From the NCBI GenBank assembly GCA_044376115.1, contig JBILLK010000002.1, positions 256,001 to 320,000 of the forward strand: a stretch of DNA of 64,000 nucleotides, given 5' to 3'. Below the pieces are notes generated by a model that had not been told where the DNA came from, did no database searches, and saw only the letters and a list, made by a program, of their open reading frames with translations. Below, piece by piece: positions 59,794-64,000 of this stretch; the first letter of the stretch is position 1, and each line of letters begins with the position of its first letter. The position numbers and the translations under genes were made by a program. Origin of the DNA: Polyangiaceae bacterium. Lineage in GTDB: Bacteria; Myxococcota_A; Polyangia; Polyangiales; Polyangiaceae.

Positions 59794-60435
59794 TCAGCGT
59801 GCGGGGCGAAGCGCAGGCTTCGCCTCGCGGGCTTTGATCGTCGGCGTGCTCAAAAGGCGCGCCGCGAGGACGCCGCCGACGAAGCCGAACAGATGGCCTT
59901 CCCAGGAGATGCCGGCCTGGCCGGGGAGCACGCCCCAAAGCGCGCTACCATAAAGGCCGAACACCGCGACGCTGCCAACGATAGGCCAGAACTTGCGCTC
60001 GAACAGCCCGCGCGAAAGCAAGTAGCCGAGGTAGCCGAAGACCAAGATGCTGGCGCCGATGTGCACGCTCGCCGACGCGCCGATCAGCCAAATTCCGGCT
60101 CCACCAACAAGGGCGCTGGCGACCGATACGTAGGCCAAATCCCGCTTGCGACGCAGCATGATGAAGAAGCCGAGCACGAGCAGCGGCACCGTGTTGGCCA
60201 TCAAATGCGAGAAGCCGCCATGCAAAAACGGCGCGAGCAGGATGCCGCGCAGGCCGCTCAAGGTGCGCGGCATGATGCCGAAGCGATCGAGCCCACCGCG
60301 AAAGATCACCGCGTCGACGATCTCGAGAAACCACATCGAGCCGACGAGGCCACCCAGCGGTACAGCCGTGGCGCGGACCTCCGACTTGAGTTCGGCCAGC
60401 GCGGTGCTCTTTTGGTTGGGCCCTTTGGTCAACAT
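59794..60435 (-). CDS. Rhomboid family intramembrane serine protease
   Basis: PFLHGG..HL..N, GAS catalytic Ser, SWEGHLFG catalytic His. Confidence 0.92.
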   Translation of the reverse strand: MLTKGPNQKSTALAELKSEVRATAVPLGGLVGSMWFLEIVDAVIFRGGLDRFGIMPRTLSGLRGILLAPFLHGGFSHLMANTVPLLVLGFFIMLRRKRDLAYVSVASALVGGAGIWLIGASASVHIGASILVFGYLGYLLSRGLFERKFWPIVGSVAVFGLYGSALWGVLPGQAGISWEGHLFGFVGGVLAARLLSTPTIKAREAKPALRPAR

Positions 60436-60536
60436 TTCGGCTCAGTATGCAGCGCCGCACGCGTTGCGGCCAGCCGCAGCTCACGACTGCAGCAAAGATC
60501 CACCTTCCAAGCGAATCCGCTAACCTAGCCGCCACT

Positions 60537-62252
60537 ATGGCACGCACACCTCTTTTCTCCGCGCTTCGCAGGGCCTTTCGTCGAGCAACCTCCGCCTCGC
60601 AGGTGAGTCGGGAGCTTGTGAGTGTGGACGGGGAGCGTCGTCGTCAGCTGCTGGTGGCGGCTTTGGGCAGCGCGGGTTTGCCGCTCGTTGGTTGCGGGGA
60701 TGACGAGACGAACCCCACGCCGACCGAGGAAGTGATCGCCATCGTGGGCGGTGGCATCGCTGGTCTGCACTGTGCCTATCGGCTCAAAGAAGCAGGCGTT
60801 GTGGCGACCGTTTACGAGGCCGCCAAGCGCGTCGGCGGCCGCATGTACTCGGCGGTCGGCGAATTCGCCGAGGCCCCCGAGCAGCTGCTCGAGCTGGGTG
60901 GTGAGCTGATCGATACCGGCCACGAGACGCTCAAAGCGCTGGCCCAAGAGTTTGGCCTCACGCTCGATGACCGGCTCGCCGGGGACCAAGCGCCGTTGCA
61001 ACAAGACACCTGGTACATCGCCGGTGTGGTCATCTCCGACGAAGTGGTGGTCGAGCAATTCAGCGCCGTTGCGCCAGCGATCGCCGCTCAGGTCGAGGCC
61101 GCGGATAGCGATGACGAGGCCTACACCACGCTCGATGAAACGCCGCTCGATCAATGGCTCGATGAGAACGTTCCGACGGCGCAATACCCCGAGCTGCACG
61201 CCATTCTCTCCACCGCCTACCGTGGCGAATACGGCCTCGAGAACAACCAGCAATCGGCGCTCAACCTGATCTACTTGATCGGCGCTGATGATCCGGATCC
61301 GTTCCGAACCTTCGGCGACAGCGATGAGCGCTACCACGCGCATACCGGCAATGAGGCGTTCACCATCAAGTTGGCCGAGGGCCTCGAGACCTCGCAAATC
61401 AAGCGGGAGCACGAGCTCGTGTCGGTGGCCGATGCCGACGGTGGAGCCTTCGAACTGACCTTCAATACGCCCGACGGCGAAGTGAAAGTGACGGCGACGC
61501 GGGTGGTGTTCGCGCTGCCGTTTACCAAGCTGCGCGAGGTGGATCTATCGGGGCTTGCCTCGCTCAGCGCCGAGAAGAAGACCATCATCGACGAGCTCGG
61601 TTACGGCACCAACGCCAAGGTGATGATGGGCTTCACGTCGCGCGTGTGGAAGGCGGACTATCAGGCCTCCGGCGGGATGGGCACCGATTTGCCGGTGCAA
61701 CAGACCTGGGACACCACCATCGGGCAGGACGGCGCGCACGGCATCATGACCAACTTCCTCGGCGGTGAGCAGGGCGTGGCTAGCGGCGAAGGAACGGCCG
61801 AAGAATGGGCGACCGGCGTGCTGCCCGACCTCGAGCAAATCTGGCCGGGCATGGACGCCGCGTGGACCGGGAAGGCGGTGCGCATGCACTGGCCCACGGT
61901 GCCGACGATGAAAGGCAGCTACGCCTGCTACAAGCCGGGCCAGTGGGCGTTTTACGGGGTGGAGGGCCAACGTGAAGGCAACCTGCATTTCTGCGGTGAG
62001 CACACCTCGCTCGACTTCCAAGGCTACATGGAGGGCGGCGCCGAAACCGGTGCCCTGGTCGCCGCGGAGATCCTCGAGGATCTCGAGACGACCCAACCGG
62101 CTGGGATGGTGGCCGCGCTCGGGATCAAGCTGCTGCTTCCGCAGGCCGGCTATCGCGCCAAGTCCTTCCCGCGCGAGAACCCGTTCCAACGTCGACGCCG
62201 GATCCGACAAATCGCACGGGATCTTTTGCAGAAGCTCGAGAGCGACCGCTGA
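60537..62252 (+). CDS. Flavin monoamine oxidase family protein, probable Tat-lipoprotein
   Basis: RRRQLL..LVGC signal; GGGIAGL, EA..RVGGR, ELGGE, GSY, CGEHT..QGYMEGG; start re-picked at 60537. Confidence 0.9.
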   Translation: MARTPLFSALRRAFRRATSASQVSRELVSVDGERRRQLLVAALGSAGLPLVGCGDDETNPTPTEEVIAIVGGGIAGLHCAYRLKEAGVVATVYEAAKRVGGRMYSAVGEFAEAPEQLLELGGELIDTGHETLKALAQEFGLTLDDRLAGDQAPLQQDTWYIAGVVISDEVVVEQFSAVAPAIAAQVEAADSDDEAYTTLDETPLDQWLDENVPTAQYPELHAILSTAYRGEYGLENNQQSALNLIYLIGADDPDPFRTFGDSDERYHAHTGNEAFTIKLAEGLETSQIKREHELVSVADADGGAFELTFNTPDGEVKVTATRVVFALPFTKLREVDLSGLASLSAEKKTIIDELGYGTNAKVMMGFTSRVWKADYQASGGMGTDLPVQQTWDTTIGQDGAHGIMTNFLGGEQGVASGEGTAEEWATGVLPDLEQIWPGMDAAWTGKAVRMHWPTVPTMKGSYACYKPGQWAFYGVEGQREGNLHFCGEHTSLDFQGYMEGGAETGALVAAEILEDLETTQPAGMVAALGIKLLLPQAGYRAKSFPRENPFQRRRRIRQIARDLLQKLESDR

Positions 62253-62260
62253 GTCGAAGC

Positions 62261-62759
62261 ATGACGGAGTCGAAGCAAGGTCCGCGCGTCTCGGTGCTGT
62301 TCGTGTGCCTCGGCAACATCTGCCGATCGCCCACCGCCGAGGGTGGTGCAGTCGCTGGTAGACAAGGCCGGCCTCTCGGCCTTCGTGCGGCTCGATAGCG
62401 CCGGAACGGCCGGCTATCACCAAGGCGAAGAGGCCGATCCGCGAACGCGCCGAGCGGCCGCGGCTCGCGGCGTCAACATTACGCATCGCGCCCGCCAGGT
62501 CGTCCCGAGCGACTTCGAACGCTTCGACCTGCTGCTGGCTCTCGACGTCAACAACGAGGCGGTATTGCTTGGCCAGGCGCCGCCCGCTTCGAAGGCTCGC
62601 GTGAAGCTCTTTCGCAGCTACGATCCGGAGAGCCAAGCCCGAGCCTCGGTGCCCGACCCGTATTATGGCGGCGCGGACGGCTTTGAGGAGGTGCTCGATC
62701 AATGCGAGCGCGCGGGAGCTGGCCTCCTCGCCGAGTTACGACGCGTCTACAGCTTCTGA
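62261..62759 (+). pseudogene. Low-molecular-weight protein-tyrosine phosphatase, frameshifted at about 62342 (true pseudogene or sequencing error)
   Basis: VLFVCLGNICRSPTAEG in the frame of ATG 62261; DSAGT, DPR, ARQ, DPYYG in another frame from 62343. Confidence 0.85.
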
Positions 62760-62815
62760 GCGTTGAGCGGGCGAAGCTACGCAGCTTGCGGTGCGGCCTC
62801 GCCCGTTCGTGCGAG

Positions 62816-63034
62816 CTACTTCTTGCCGAACAAGCCGCCGAGGGCCGAGGCCACCGAGCCGACGTCGATGTGATCCACAGCGCCGCTGGCCATACCAAGC
62901 GCCTGATCAACGTAGCCAGCGACCGACTCCGGCAGCTTCTCTTTGAGGAAGCCCGCCACCGTCTCAATCGCGCCGCGGGCCTGCTCCTCGGAGATGCCCG
63001 TCTTCTCGACAACCTTCTGAACTAGCTCTTCCAT
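62816..63034 (-). CDS. Small DUF2267-like helical protein
   Basis: MEELVQKVVEKTGISEEQARGAIETVAGFLKEKLP..GGLFGKK; AGGA RBS upstream; start re-picked at 63034. Confidence 0.7.
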   Translation of the reverse strand: MEELVQKVVEKTGISEEQARGAIETVAGFLKEKLPESVAGYVDQALGMASGAVDHIDVGSVASALGGLFGKK

Positions 63035-63087
63035 GCTGACTTCCTGCTGGGGTTGAAGCGGCCTTTTCGATCCGCTGCCCGAGGTTG

Positions 63088-64000
63088 TCAACGCGAGCTT
63101 GCTGCAGCGTTGCGCGACAGCCGGCGTTTGGGCCGGTCGAGCACCTTCATCAGCCGTGAGTAGGTGTCGTTCTTGCGGCCGATCCAGCCCATTCTTCGGT
63201 AGTAGAACAAGAGCCCGATCGAGCTTGCGGCCATCAAGCCGAGCGAAAACGGGTAACCGAGGGTCCACTCCAACTCCGGCATGTTCCAGCGCGACTTCTG
63301 GGTGTCGAAGTTCATGCCGTAGACGCCGGCGATGAAGGTCATCGGCAAAAAGATGGTCGAGAGCACCGTTAGCACCTTCATCACTTCGTTCAGCCGATTG
63401 GAGGCGCGCGTCATCAGCTGGTCCATCAAGCTCGAGCTGATTTCGCGGAAGGTCTCGACCATGTCGATCACCTGCACGCAGTGATCGTACGAGTCGCGAA
63501 AGTAAGGCCGGGTCTCCGCGTCGATGTGCACGCTCTCGTCGCGGATCAGCTGCGAAAGAAGATCGCGCTGCGGCCAGATCGCTCGGCGCAGCGTGAGGAA
63601 CTCGCGTTTGAGCGCGAAGATCGACTGCGGCTCGACCGTGCGCGGCCCGAGCACCTCCGCCTCCAGCTCATCGAGCTCCTCGCCGAAGTGTTCGAGCACC
63701 GGGTAGAAGCCGTCGATCACGGCGTCGAGCAAGGCCGAAGCGAGGTAGTCGGAGCCGCGGGTGCGGAAGCCGCTGCGCCCCTGACGAAGCCGCAGCCGCA
63801 CCGAGTCCAAGCAGTCGAAGCGAGGCTCTTCTTGCACCGTCACCACGAAACCGCGACCAAACAAGATCGCGAACTGCTCGGTGGTGAGCTTGCCGTCATG
63901 CAGCGTCGCCATGCGCGTGATGATCAGCTGTTGGTCCTTGAAGATCTCGGTTTTCGGCCGCTGGGGCACGTTGACCATGTCCTCGAGCGCGAGCGGGTGA
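63088..64000 (-). CDS. corA: Magnesium/cobalt transporter, 5'-partial
   Basis: HPLALED..QRPK, YFRD.YDH, NEVMKVLT, YGMNF, MPEL; starts beyond the window edge. Confidence 0.95.
   Translation of the reverse strand, partial: HPLALEDMVNVPQRPKTEIFKDQQLIITRMATLHDGKLTTEQFAILFGRGFVVTVQEEPRFDCLDSVRLRLRQGRSGFRTRGSDYLASALLDAVIDGFYPVLEHFGEELDELEAEVLGPRTVEPQSIFALKREFLTLRRAIWPQRDLLSQLIRDESVHIDAETRPYFRDSYDHCVQVIDMVETFREISSSLMDQLMTRASNRLNEVMKVLTVLSTIFLPMTFIAGVYGMNFDTQKSRWNMPELEWTLGYPFSLGLMAASSIGLLFYYRRMGWIGRKNDTYSRLMKVLDRPKRRLSRNAAASSR

Overview
High-GC, gene-dense chromosomal segment that looks myxobacterial (Sorangiineae/Polyangiaceae-like). The signs are MYXO-CTERM-type tails, Gly-rich lipoproteins, PEGA/TPR proteins, an FHA-sigma54 activator and a Ser/Thr kinase. 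It carries about 51 CDS. Housekeeping genes are lepA, zwf-pgl-gnd, rlmN, mazG, ggt and a partial corA, mixed with many envelope or secreted proteins. I saw no rRNA, tRNA, CRISPR array or mobile element. The most notable items are: (i) a tightly coupled four-gene exported operon (di-haem c lipoprotein, DUF1549/1588-like mono-haem lipoprotein, Cys-containing lipoprotein, Tat-exported DUF1501-like enzyme) behind a near-consensus sigma54 site; (ii) a 1023-aa lipoprotein that appears to be a circularly permuted alpha/beta-hydrolase; (iii) an amidohydrolase-TSP3-OB-fold surface lipoprotein next to mazG; (iv) a diiron oxygenase/ferredoxin reductase/MerR/GMC oxidase module; (v) a putative outer-membrane protein/ECF sigma/anti-sigma triad; (vi) degenerate signalling proteins (activator without GAFTGA, EAL with E-to-K); (vii) a frameshifted LMW phosphatase. 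Family calls come from motifs recognised by eye, not from database searches, and several start codons were re-picked from the ORF track.
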